From an uncultured Bacteroidota bacterium (GTDB lineage Bacteria > Bacteroidota > Ignavibacteria > UBA10030 > UBA6906): DNA of 64,000 nucleotides. Of this stretch, positions 25,657-35,747 are shown one piece after another (the first letter of the stretch is position 1; each line of letters begins with the position of its first letter). The notes under the pieces were generated by a model, which made no database searches, was not told where the DNA came from, and saw only the letters and a list, made by a program, of their open reading frames with translations. The position numbers and the translations under genes were made by a program. The DNA lies in assembly GCA_963700635.1 (NCBI GenBank), contig CAVOYH010000003.1, positions 1,860,014 through 1,924,013 on the forward strand, given 5' to 3'.

Positions 25657-28600
25657 ATGAGTAAGAGACTGGTGCTCCTTGCGACGGTGTTGCTCGTCGT
25701 GCCGACGGTGCTGTTCGCCTCTGGCAAGATCCGTGGCAAGATCCTTGACAAGGACACGCGCGAGCCGCTGGTCGGAGCAAATGTCGCCGTCGCTGGCAGC
25801 ACGTATGGTGCAGCAGCAGATGTCAACGGCGACTACGTTATTCTGAATATTCCGGCTGGTGTCTATGCCCTCAAAGCGACGTTTGTCGGTTATGCTCCGA
25901 CGACCATATCGAACGTCCGTGTGAATAACGACTTGACGACGTCCATGGATTTTTCACTGTCGACCGAGGCTGTGGCACTGCAGGCTGTTGAGATCGTTGC
26001 AGAGCGGCCGCTGGTGAACAAGAGCGCGACGAATGCCGTACGCATCACTACTGCGGATGATATCGCTGCGCTTCCTGTGCGCGGTATCAACAACATCCTT
26101 GCCCTCTCACCCGGAGTCGTGTTCCAGGATGGCGCCGTGTTTATCCGGGGCGGACGTCTTGATGAAACCGGCTACTATCTGGAGGGCGTCAATATCCGGA
26201 ACCCCCTCACCGGGGCCCGGGCTGTGACGCTTGTGCAGGACGCGATTGAGGAAATCCAGGTCCAGGCCGGCGGCTACAATGCCGAATTCGGCGGCGCGAA
26301 CGCGGGCATTATCCAGCAACAGCTCCGCTCGGGCACGTCGAGCTGGAAGGCGAGCGTGCAGTACATCACCGACAACGTCGGCCTGAAGGGGCGAAGCAAG
26401 GCGTTTGACGGCACGAAAGCGCTCGGCGCAAACTGGTTCGGCTATAACGACTTCACCGCAAGCCTCAGCGGACCGGTGCTCAGTGAACGGTTCAAATTCT
26501 TCGGTCTGTTCAACTATCAGTACCTGCGCGACCAAAATCCCCAGCCCTATCCGGGCATCAATATCGGGAAAGTCGTTGGACAGACGGGGGACACGCTCGA
26601 CCTGGTCTATCCTGCCGGCTCCCTGCTGAAGAACCCCCGGCAGGACTTCACGTACACCGGCACACTGACGATGGATTTTTCCCCGATCACTGCGCGTCTG
26701 GCCGGCACCTTTACGTCGACGACCCAGCATAATCTCTACAATTCCCACCGGAATGCCGGCGCCATCGCCAACCTGCTGAACTCTGCACGGACAGAGGAAA
26801 ACCGTCAGACAAACGGGGCGGGAAGTCTGAGGATAACGCACCTCCTGAATCCCACAACATTCTATGAGGTGACGTTGGGATACTTCCGGCAGACGCAGAA
26901 GCAGCTTGACCCGTACCTGGAGGACGATTTCCTCCACTACGGCGACAGCGTTGCCAACGCGAACGTCGGATGGGTATGGGAACGGTCAGCGAATGATGTC
27001 GCCAGCGGGCAGACCGGACGATATCTTCGTCCGACCCGAAAGGTGCTGTACGACTTCGGGTTCAATGCCCCTGGGGACATCCTTGCTGCCTACGTCAAGT
27101 TCCGCCGTGAGAACATCAGTCTGAACGGTGCGTTCTTCACCCAGGTCGGGAAGGAGCACTCCATCAAGATCGGCGGTGACTTCCAGCGGTACACCATTCG
27201 CAACTTCTCATTTTCGAATGAAGGCGTGTTCCCCATCGCCGGGCTCCTTGCCAGCAACGCTGCGCTTCCCGACAGCGATCCGAACAAGCTTGCGCCGGAG
27301 CAAATCCTCATCAACCGCGGTGTCAACAACTACGGGTATGATGTGTGGGGAAATGAGACGAACGTGGCCGGCATCACGGGTCCGAAACACCCCGTGTTTG
27401 CCTCCGCATACGTGCAGGATAAGATCGAGTACAATGACCTGGTCGTCAATGTTGGATTGCGCTGGGACTACATCAACATCGACAACTACGTGTTTCTTGA
27501 CGCCACGAAGCCGGACCTCGCAATTAATCCCTACAGCGGGGCTATCGATCCTTCGGGACTTGCGAAGGCGGGCGCTTTCCAGGCGGTCAGCCCTCGAATC
27601 GGCCTCTCCTTCCCCGTGACCGACCAGACGGTGTTCCATACCCAGTTCGGGCAGTTTGTGCAGCAGTCGCGACTGGCCGACGTGTATTCAGGCATGTATT
27701 CTACGGCGTCGAATGTTCGTGGTGGATTCTACATCCACACGCCCGTCGGGTACGATGTGCGTCCGACGCGAACCACGCAGTATGAGATCGGATTCACACA
27801 GCAAGTCGGTGACTTCGCGTCATTCGATATCACCGGCTACTACAAGGACATTAAGGACCAGGTGGTGTACGAGCAGTGGAATACCGATCCGACATCGGCA
27901 CTTGGGGCGTACTTTGCGCTGGCCAACGGTGACTTTGCCACCACGAAAGGCGTCGAGGTCACGTTCAACATGCGGCGAAAAAAACGCCTCCAGGTGAATA
28001 CGTCGCTCTCCTTCCAGGATGCGCAGGGCACGGGCTCGTTTCCGAACTCCGCCCGCGGCATTGTGGGTGCGCCGCTCGATGGAGTGACGCAGTTTAAACC
28101 GCTGTATGTCTCTCCTCTGGAGTACAACAATGCGATCCGCGGCAACGTGAACATCGACTATCGCTTTGGGGCAGATGATGGCGGACCGATTCTCGAGCGA
28201 CTGGGTGCGTCAGCCCTCTTGACCTTCAACAGCGGTCACCCGTATACACGCGGGATTGGCGGTGCGGACCTCGAAGGCGAGGCCCGCAGCCGTACGCCGG
28301 TGGAGCCCTTGAATGCATCCACCACCCCCTGGATTTTCCAGGTCGACCTGCGCATCGACAAGACGGTGAGGCTGTTCGACGCAGTGAACGCAAACTTCTT
28401 CGTCTATGTCATCAACCTGTTCGACACGAAGAACATCCAGAACGTGTTCTTGCGGACCGGGTCCACGGACGATGACGGCGTGCTGAGCAATCCAAACCTC
28501 GGCGCTCCCCTCATCCAGACCTACGGCCAGAAGTACGCCGATGTCTATCGTGCGATCAATATCGACTATTACGAGCGGTATCAGAACGCTGTGGGCCTGT

Positions 28601-28665
28601 CGACCGTACCGTACTTCTACGGTCCGCCGAGACAGGTCCGCGTCGGTTTCCGCCTCGAGTACTAA
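25657..28665 (+). CDS. TonB-dependent receptor with N-terminal CarboxypepD_reg-like domain
   Basis: Signal peptide. GKI.G...D..T.EPL.GANV, IRGGR..E, GGYNAEFG, SPRIGLSFP and C-terminal PRQVRVGFRLEY. Confidence 0.93.
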   Translation: MSKRLVLLATVLLVVPTVLFASGKIRGKILDKDTREPLVGANVAVAGSTYGAAADVNGDYVILNIPAGVYALKATFVGYAPTTISNVRVNNDLTTSMDFSLSTEAVALQAVEIVAERPLVNKSATNAVRITTADDIAALPVRGINNILALSPGVVFQDGAVFIRGGRLDETGYYLEGVNIRNPLTGARAVTLVQDAIEEIQVQAGGYNAEFGGANAGIIQQQLRSGTSSWKASVQYITDNVGLKGRSKAFDGTKALGANWFGYNDFTASLSGPVLSERFKFFGLFNYQYLRDQNPQPYPGINIGKVVGQTGDTLDLVYPAGSLLKNPRQDFTYTGTLTMDFSPITARLAGTFTSTTQHNLYNSHRNAGAIANLLNSARTEENRQTNGAGSLRITHLLNPTTFYEVTLGYFRQTQKQLDPYLEDDFLHYGDSVANANVGWVWERSANDVASGQTGRYLRPTRKVLYDFGFNAPGDILAAYVKFRRENISLNGAFFTQVGKEHSIKIGGDFQRYTIRNFSFSNEGVFPIAGLLASNAALPDSDPNKLAPEQILINRGVNNYGYDVWGNETNVAGITGPKHPVFASAYVQDKIEYNDLVVNVGLRWDYINIDNYVFLDATKPDLAINPYSGAIDPSGLAKAGAFQAVSPRIGLSFPVTDQTVFHTQFGQFVQQSRLADVYSGMYSTASNVRGGFYIHTPVGYDVRPTRTTQYEIGFTQQVGDFASFDITGYYKDIKDQVVYEQWNTDPTSALGAYFALANGDFATTKGVEVTFNMRRKKRLQVNTSLSFQDAQGTGSFPNSARGIVGAPLDGVTQFKPLYVSPLEYNNAIRGNVNIDYRFGADDGGPILERLGASALLTFNSGHPYTRGIGGADLEGEARSRTPVEPLNASTTPWIFQVDLRIDKTVRLFDAVNANFFVYVINLFDTKNIQNVFLRTGSTDDDGVLSNPNLGAPLIQTYGQKYADVYRAINIDYYERYQNAVGLSTVPYFYGPPRQVRVGFRLEY

Positions 28666-28685
28666 TCGCGAAGGAACTGCTCACG

Positions 28686-31600
28686 ATGAAACGCCTATTG
28701 CTCATCTGCATGGCCGTCGCCCTGGGAGTGGCCCTCGGCATGGCACGTGAATCAGGAACGAAGAGGGGAGGCAGCGACCGGCTTCAGAAAACGACCGGTT
28801 CGCCCGTCTATACTTTCCTCAACATCAACAACATTTCAACAGTCTATCGGAATGATGGAACTGCTGACATCGACGTCGCCCAGCAGAACTCCGGCCTTGT
28901 ATTTCCCAAAAGGGAGCCGGAAGACCGCCATGTACTCGAGCGGTCTCCTGTGGGGCGCAAAGATTGCCGGCGATCCTCAGGTCCGCGTCGGCGGGTCCGG
29001 ACACAGGTCTGGACTGCAGCCGGGAAAGGTCCTGCCCGGCGGGGCACCGGAAAACCCGAATGCGGCGCATGTGCGGATCTACAGGGTACGGCCGGACTAC
29101 AAAACCGGCGACCTGAGCGCAGAGATTGCTGATGAACATCTGACAGCGGAGGCGATCCGCGCTCGTTACGAAACCGATTGGAACGATTGGCCGTGGAAAG
29201 ACGGAGCGCCCTACAAGGATGTCGACAGCAACAATGCGTACGATCCAACAGTCGATGTGCCCGGCTTCCCGGGGTCAGATCAGACCGTCTGGTTTGTCGC
29301 CAATGATCTGAATTCGACCAATACCGTGGACCTGTACGGGGCCCAACCCCTCGGCATCGAGTGCCAGGTCACCAATTGGGCATATGCTCAGGACGGACCG
29401 CTGGGGAGCATGATCTTCAAACGCTTCCTGATCATCAACAAAAGCGTGAACACCTTCGATAGCATGTACGTTGCCATGTGGTCTGATCCTGATCTGGGAT
29501 TCGCGGATGACGATTTCGTCGGATGCGACACGTCTCTCAGCCTGGGATTTGTCTACAATGCGGCTGTCGTCGATGCAACGTACGGGGCATTGCCTCCTCC
29601 GGCGGCGGGATTCGACTTCTTTCAGGGTCCCCGGGTGCCCGCTCCCGGCGAGACCGCCAAGTTCCTCGGGAATGATATCGAGGGATTCCGCAACCTGCCG
29701 ATGACGTCGTTCTTCTACTTTATTCGGGCCGACCTCACGCTGGCAGACCCGGTGCAGGGAACGCCGGAAGGGTCCACCCAGATGTATAACTTCATGCGTG
29801 GCCGCGTGGGTTTGACCGGTCAGTACTTTTCGGATCCTCAGGGCAATCCCACCACGTATGTCCTCACCGGTGATCCGGTTGCTGGAACGGGGTGGCTGGA
29901 CGGACAGCAATATCCCTCGGGAGACAGGCGCATGGGTCTGTCGGCAGGGCCGTTCACGATGGCGCCGGGCGACACGCAGGAAGTCGTCGTTGCGGAGATC
30001 TGCGCGGGCGCCATTCCCGGCGTCGACCGTCTGACGGCTGTCAATCTGCTGAAATACTTCGACAAGGCCGCTCAGTTGGCGTATGACAATGGGTTTCAGC
30101 TGCCGTCGCCCCCTCCGGCACCGAAGCTGACGACTACCGAGCTTGACAAAGAAATTCTCCTGAACTGGGGGAGTGATCCGGGAGCCGTGCAGGCGACCGA
30201 AGGTGCCGACGCCCGCGGTTTCAAGTTCCAGGGATACAACGTCTACCAGCTCCCATCCCAGGGCGCCACAGTGACCGAAGGAAAGAAGATCGCTGTCTAT
30301 GATATCGCTGCCGACGGGATAACCCGCATCACAGACCAGGTGTTTGACGGCAGCATCGGCGTGGTCTCGAGTAAGGTGGTACAGCTCGGGACGGACAGCG
30401 GCATCAAACGGTTCCTGAGAGTGAGAGGGGACGCTCTCAAGGGGGGTGTCCCCCTCGTCAACGGCATTCGGTACTTCTTTGCGGTCACGGCATACAGCTA
30501 TTCGAGCGATCCGAATGCGGTGCCGAACAATCTGGAAAATCCGCTCCAGACGGTCACGGCGATGCCGCACTCCACCAATCCGGGCGTGCGCTACGCAAGT
30601 GCGGCGGGCGATACCATTCACTCCGTCAACCATACCGGATCCAGCGACGGCAGTGTGCTGCCGCTTGTTGTCGATCCCGCCAGGACCACGGGGAGCACCT
30701 ACACCGTGGTGTTCGAAGACAATGCCGGTACCATCGTCTGGAAGCTGGTGAACACGACGCGCGGGGATACATTGCTGCGCAATCAGACCAATCAGTCGGG
30801 CGACGACGACTACCTCGTCGTCGACGGGGTGCAGGTGAAAGTCCTCGGTCCTCCGCCTGGAATGAAGAATTGGGATGTTCCCAACGGAACCCGTCGGTGG
30901 ACGTGGGCAGGCGGGGCGGATGGGTTTGGCATGGAGGGATTCAGCGGGGCCATGGGAAGTGCTCTGCACGGTTGGGGCGACGGGGTGGCGGACGATCAGC
31001 TCCGCAATGTTCTGCTCAGGCTCGCTGCTACCGATACAGCCGGGAACGTTCTGGATCCGCTGGATCCCGACTGGTCCTATGCATACCGCTACGTGCGGGG
31101 TGCCCAGAATGCACCTGCAAAACCGGAGTTCGCCCCGTTTATCACAAACACTTCGGGGAGTTATGCGTACCAGGGCTATGCAAAGAGCATCCCATTCGCC
31201 GCATACAACACTGAAACAAATCCGCCCACCCGGCTCATGGTTGGCCACGTGGAGAACAATGCCGCCGGCGGTCTCGTCGATGGTAAATACTGGCCGCCGT
31301 TCTACGGCGATGCCGACAACACGGCGTCGAGCGGGCCAAGGGAGTGGTTTTTGGTGTTTGACGTTCCCTACAGCGAGACTCCGGATCCGCGGCTGATGGT
31401 GAATATTCTGAACGAGGTCGGTGTGCCGATCATGTACTTCTGTACGCCGGCACGGCGGGCAGCGGTGGCATGGGATGCTGTGGATGAGTTCCTGATCGAA
31501 GCGAATCACATCAATTCAACCGCAGACGTGTTCAGCTTCACGGCGCCGACCGTTACGTATGAGGCCTCCACCGCGAAGTCGGACGTTGGCCGTATCAATG

Positions 31601-31905
31601 TGTTCCCGAATCCGTACTATGGCGTGAACACGGAGGAGATCAACAAGTACAACCGGTTTGTCACGTTCTCACACCTCCCCCAGGAGGCGATCATCAGGAT
31701 CTACAATCTGGCGGGTGTTCAGGTGCGTGAAATCCGGAAAAACTCCGCAACGCAATTCGAGCGATGGGATCTGGCCAATGAATCCGGCCTTCCGGTGGGT
31801 AGCGGCCTGTATATCGCTCACATCGAAATGCCGGGCCTTGGCGGCGCCACGAAGATCCTAAAACTGGCGATCGTCCAGGAGCAACAGATTCTTGATCGGT
31901 TCTAA
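28686..31905 (+). pseudogene. Large T9SS-secreted protein (about 1072 aa if joined) interrupted by a +1 frameshift near 28902-28914
   Basis: The signal peptide and RBS are in the 28686 frame, reading up to ...SGLVFPK. The body continues as GSRKTAMYSSGLLWG in the 28747 frame and ends in a T9SS-type CTD (VFPNPY...IRIYNLAG...WDL.N..GSGLYI). Could be a real frameshift, a recoding site or an assembly error. Confidence 0.8.
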
Positions 31906-31925
31906 TGTCAGAAGGAAAACACGAA

Positions 31926-32960
31926 ATGAAAACGACAATACGTGTCTTATTCGTCCTGGCACTGGTCGCCGGTCTCGTGTCTGCTGCGATGGCAGGATCG
32001 GGCAACCGGGGTGGAACCAGCGGAGCTGCAGAACTGCTGATTCCTGTTGGGGCCAGGGATATCGCGATGGGTGGCTCTACCATCGCCACCACGCGCGATA
32101 TTGAAGCGCTCTACTGGAACCCGGCGGCTATCGCCCATATGCACAACTCGGCCTCTGTGTATGTGTCGCACATGAGCTATATTGCCGACATCGGTCTCAA
32201 CTACGGGGCCGTGGCTGGTAACTTTGAGGGCTTTGGAGTGCTCTCCCTTTCCCTCAAGACGCTTGATATCGGCGATATTCCGGTAACGACCACCACGGAT
32301 CCCGACGGTACGGGGAGAACGTTTACCCCCCAGTTCTTTACCGTCGGACTTACCTACTCACGGCTCCTGAGCGACCGGATAGCTGTGGGGTTCACGTCGA
32401 AGATCATCTCGGAGCGCATGGGTGATGTCAGCGCATCAGGCGTGGCGTTCGATGTCGGCGTCACCTATGACAACCTGGCAACGATCGATGGTCTCAGTAT
32501 CGGTATCGCGGTGAAGAATATCGGACCCTCGATGCGATTCGACGGGGCCGGCCTTCTGACGCAGGCCACGGTGGACGCACAGAACCGGCCCGCAGGCCTG
32601 TACCAACTACAGGCGGCGCCATTCGAACTCCCCTCAGCGATCGAGTTTGGCCTGGGATATAAGCGGCACCTTGACAATGCCAATGCGCTTCTCGTCTCCG
32701 GGGCATTTCAAAGCAACAACTTCTCGGATGACGAGTACAAGCTCGGGCTGGAATACTCCTTCCAGGATCTCTTCTTCGTCCGTGGCGGATACAATTTCGC
32801 CCAGCGTGAAACGGAAGAACGGGAGTTCCTGTTCGGTGCGACCGCCGGAGCGGGTGTGAAATATGCTCTTGGCTCGATGGACATTACCGTCGACTATGCT
32901 TACCGTCAGGTAAAGACGTTCGATGCCAATCATATCTTCTCCGTGAAACTCGGGTTCTGA
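31926..32960 (+). CDS. PorV/PorQ family outer-membrane beta-barrel (T9SS shuttle-like)
   Basis: Signal peptide. GAAELLIPVGARDIAMGG and ALYWNPAAIA motifs. C-terminal HIFSVKLGF. Confidence 0.88.
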   Translation: MKTTIRVLFVLALVAGLVSAAMAGSGNRGGTSGAAELLIPVGARDIAMGGSTIATTRDIEALYWNPAAIAHMHNSASVYVSHMSYIADIGLNYGAVAGNFEGFGVLSLSLKTLDIGDIPVTTTTDPDGTGRTFTPQFFTVGLTYSRLLSDRIAVGFTSKIISERMGDVSASGVAFDVGVTYDNLATIDGLSIGIAVKNIGPSMRFDGAGLLTQATVDAQNRPAGLYQLQAAPFELPSAIEFGLGYKRHLDNANALLVSGAFQSNNFSDDEYKLGLEYSFQDLFFVRGGYNFAQRETEEREFLFGATAGAGVKYALGSMDITVDYAYRQVKTFDANHIFSVKLGF

Positions 32961-32976
32961 TGCCGGTTTCCATGGA

Positions 32977-33019
32977 CCTCCCCCTTCTCGATCCGTTTGA
33001 GGAGGGGGAGGACCGTTTT
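32977..33019 (+). terminator. Probable intrinsic terminator of the TBDR-cargo-PorV operon
   Basis: CCTCCCCCTTCTC / GAGGAGGGGGAGG 13-bp stem with one G-U pair, followed by ACCGTTTT. Confidence 0.65.
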
Positions 33020-33101
33020 CGGGATGAGGGGTGATAATGACGGGAGGGGCGAAGCGCACCCGTGGAGCCCCTCGTACATCGCGTACTGCGAAGAGTGTGG
33101 G

Positions 33102-33590
33102 TTACCGGGAGGCGTGCCGGGGGGCGGATGGGATCAGAGGATTTGCGCTGTCATTGATTGGCAACCAGTCATCGCCAACCCCGTAAATGTGTCTGAGATG
33201 CCAGAGGACACCGGGCTTGGGAAGGCACACATCTTTTTCCCAGCGTTCCACGGCCACCCAGGAATAACCGATGTGATCCGCAGCCTGGCGCAGCGTCATC
33301 CGTGCGCCGATCCGTGCGCCACGCAATCGCTGTCCGAAGGACGCCCCGAACCGGCGTTCGCCGATCACAACATCAAGAGCATGACGAATCTCACTCTGTT
33401 TCTCTTCTGAAACAGGCGTCTTGCCGTAGAGCACCTGCCACACATACTGCCGCGAAACGCCAAGCTGCATCGCCAGGTCGGTGATGGTGATTCCCCAGGG
33501 ACGCATCGTGGCGCGGAGGTCGCGGCTCCAGGAGGCGTTTGCCGCGGGGCGGGGGGCGGAAAGCCGGAGAATGTGCGCAGTCTGTTCCAT
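33102..33590 (-). CDS. Transcriptional regulator with two XRE/Cro-type HTH domains
   Basis: ITITDLAMQLGVSRQYVWQVLYG and FGQRLRGAR..ARMTLRQAADHIGYS..AVERWEKD..LP. Start uncertain. Confidence 0.75.
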   Translation of the reverse strand: MEQTAHILRLSAPRPAANASWSRDLRATMRPWGITITDLAMQLGVSRQYVWQVLYGKTPVSEEKQSEIRHALDVVIGERRFGASFGQRLRGARIGARMTLRQAADHIGYSWVAVERWEKDVCLPKPGVLWHLRHIYGVGDDWLPINDSANPLIPSAPRHASR

Positions 33591-33695
33591 ATGTCTCCAC
33601 GATACACTGTCCGGAACACACTCTCAACGATTTCGCGTCAGGACGCAGGAGCATGAGACGAAATGCGGGAAATCTGCGATATTCTCCACGGCTTC

Positions 33696-33724
33696 TTGAC
33701 TGAAACCTTCAGGAGTGTTATTCT
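33696..33724 (+). promoter_or_regulatory. Putative sigma70 promoter of the LolA-like/ABC operon
   Basis: TTGACT-17 bp-TATTCT. Confidence 0.6.
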
Positions 33725-33765
33725 GTACCATACGAGAGGTTGTTTCACTCCCGGGATGACCACAC

Positions 33766-34512
33766 ATGAAACGTGCACACCTGATTCTCCCTGTCCTCTT
33801 CTCCATCCTGTTCACCGTGCCTGGCGTCGCCCAGGACCCCCTGGACATCGTCCGGCGGGCCGAGAATGCGATCAAGGGGAAGACCAGCTACGGGATCTTC
33901 CGGATGGAGGTGGTGACGGAAGATTATCAACGGACCATGAGGATGGAATCATGGAATGTCGGCACCGAAAAGGCGCTTGTCCGCATCATCGAACCGAAAG
34001 CCGAGGCCGACAACCGGACACTGAAGATCGGAAACGAGCTCTGGATGTACCTGCGGACAACCGAGACAACCATCAAGATTCCACCCTCCATGATGCTGCA
34101 GTCGTGGAGCGGTTCGGACTTCACGTACGACGACCTCGTGCGGGAAGCCGACCTGACACGCGACTATGATATCTCGCTTGAGGGAAAGGATTCTGTGGAG
34201 CATCAGGCAACATGGCGCCTGCGTCTGGTTCCTCATTTGGACGCCCCGGTGGTGTGGGGAAGTATTATCTACTGGATACGAACCTCCGACGTCCTCCCGG
34301 CCAGGATCGATTATTATGACGAGCGGGGCACGCTCATCCGCACCATGATGTTTCACGATTTCCAGACGATGGGGGGCAGAAAAATCCCGGTCGTCCAGCG
34401 GATGGTGAGTGCTGTAGAGAAAGGCCGCTACACGGAAATCGTCATAGAGAAGATGGTATTCGACAAGCCCATTCCGAACCGGATTTTCACGTTCAAGGGT
34501 CTGGAGCGATGA
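33766..34512 (+). CDS. Outer-membrane lipoprotein-sorting (LolA-like) protein
   Basis: Signal peptide. LWMYL...IKIPPSMMLQSWSGSDFTYDDL family signature. Confidence 0.88.
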   Translation: MKRAHLILPVLFSILFTVPGVAQDPLDIVRRAENAIKGKTSYGIFRMEVVTEDYQRTMRMESWNVGTEKALVRIIEPKAEADNRTLKIGNELWMYLRTTETTIKIPPSMMLQSWSGSDFTYDDLVREADLTRDYDISLEGKDSVEHQATWRLRLVPHLDAPVVWGSIIYWIRTSDVLPARIDYYDERGTLIRTMMFHDFQTMGGRKIPVVQRMVSAVEKGRYTEIVIEKMVFDKPIPNRIFTFKGLER

Positions 34513-35747
34513 GCGACTTCCTGCTGATTCTTCGTCTTGCCTGGCGCAATCTCGGCCGGAATAAGCGACGGGCCGCCCTGACGGCAATTGCCGTCTTTTT
34601 CGGCCTCGCCCTCGCCGTCATGCAGAGGGGCCTGCAGGAGGGGACATACGACGAGAATATCCGGAGTTTCGTCCGCATGGCATCCGGATACGTCCAGATC
34701 CAGCGGGAAGGCTACCAGGACAACCCGGCCCTCCGGAAGAACGTCATCCTGGACGGTGAAATGCTCGCACGCATCGCCTCGACCCCCGGCCTGGTCAATT
34801 TCGCTCCCCGCATCCAGGCCGATGGACTCATCAGTCATGGGGAGAGGACGCATGTGGCGTACCTTTTGGGCGTCGACGCCGCACGCGAGCAGGTCGTGTC
34901 AGATTTTGCAAAACGGGTTGCCACGGGAACATTTCTTGATCCGAACGACCGTGCAGGGGTTGTCCTGGGCCAGGTCTTGATGAAGAATCTCAACGTTCAC
35001 CTCGGGGACTCCCTGGTTGTGCTTGCCCAGGGAATCGACGGGGTGCAGCGCGACATGTTTGTGCACATCGTCGGTGTGGTGAAGACTGCATCGACCGATT
35101 TTGACCGGACGGTCATGTTCCTTCCGTTGACCACCGCCCAGCGTGTCCTGGGGATGGAAGGACGCGTGAGTATCGTTGCCCTTGCCCTCGGGGATCTCCG
35201 TGACATCCCTGCCGCGTGCAATCACCTTCGTGCGCGAATGCCGGCAGGTACCGTTGCGCTGGCATGGGATGAGGTCATGCCAGACATGAAGGCAAATATC
35301 GAAGCGGATAACGCAAGTGGCTGGCTCTATCTGGCCATCCTGTTTGTCGTTGTGGCGTTCGGAATCCTCAACACCATGCTCATGAGCATTACGGAACGCT
35401 CCCGTGAATTCGGCATCATGCTTGCGATCGGCGTCTCGAACCGGACGCTGGTGGCAGTGGTGTTGATCGAGCTTCTCCTGCTCACCGTGATGGGCCTGGT
35501 TTTAGGGAATGCTGCAGGGTATGCCTTCAACAGCGCCATCATCACCAATCCCATTGAGCTGGGAGGAAACGAGATGGGGCGCATGTACGAAGAGTACGGA
35601 TTCCTGCCCATTCTTACCTCCTCGGTAGCGGTGTCGGTCTTTCTGAAATCGACGTTGTTCATCGGGATCGTCTGCCTCTGCGCCGGGATCTATCCCCTGG
35701 TACGTGTCTGGCGGCTGGAACCGCTGAAAGGAATACGGTACACATAA
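34509..35747 (+). CDS. ABC transporter permease (MacB/FtsX, LolC/E-like)
   Basis: LAWRNLGRNKRR start. NTMLMSITERSREFGIMLAIG motif. Confidence 0.92.
   Translation: MSDFLLILRLAWRNLGRNKRRAALTAIAVFFGLALAVMQRGLQEGTYDENIRSFVRMASGYVQIQREGYQDNPALRKNVILDGEMLARIASTPGLVNFAPRIQADGLISHGERTHVAYLLGVDAAREQVVSDFAKRVATGTFLDPNDRAGVVLGQVLMKNLNVHLGDSLVVLAQGIDGVQRDMFVHIVGVVKTASTDFDRTVMFLPLTTAQRVLGMEGRVSIVALALGDLRDIPAACNHLRARMPAGTVALAWDEVMPDMKANIEADNASGWLYLAILFVVVAFGILNTMLMSITERSREFGIMLAIGVSNRTLVAVVLIELLLLTVMGLVLGNAAGYAFNSAIITNPIELGGNEMGRMYEEYGFLPILTSSVAVSVFLKSTLFIGIVCLCAGIYPLVRVWRLEPLKGIRYT

Noticed and set aside
28747-28900. GTG start of the 1052-aa ORF as a separate gene
   Set aside because: Its N-terminus has no signal peptide and no clear RBS. 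The true N-terminus is in the 28686 frame, so this is one frameshifted gene.
29275-31509. 744-aa ORF on the minus strand
   Set aside because: It lies wholly antisense to the T9SS cargo gene and has no recognisable motifs. This is a typical shadow ORF in high-GC coding DNA.
33021-33101. Possible ncRNA between the PorV terminator and the HTH gene (GAGGGGC/GCCCCTC stem)
   Set aside because: Only a 7-bp stem with a long loop and no match to a family I recognise. Too weak to call.
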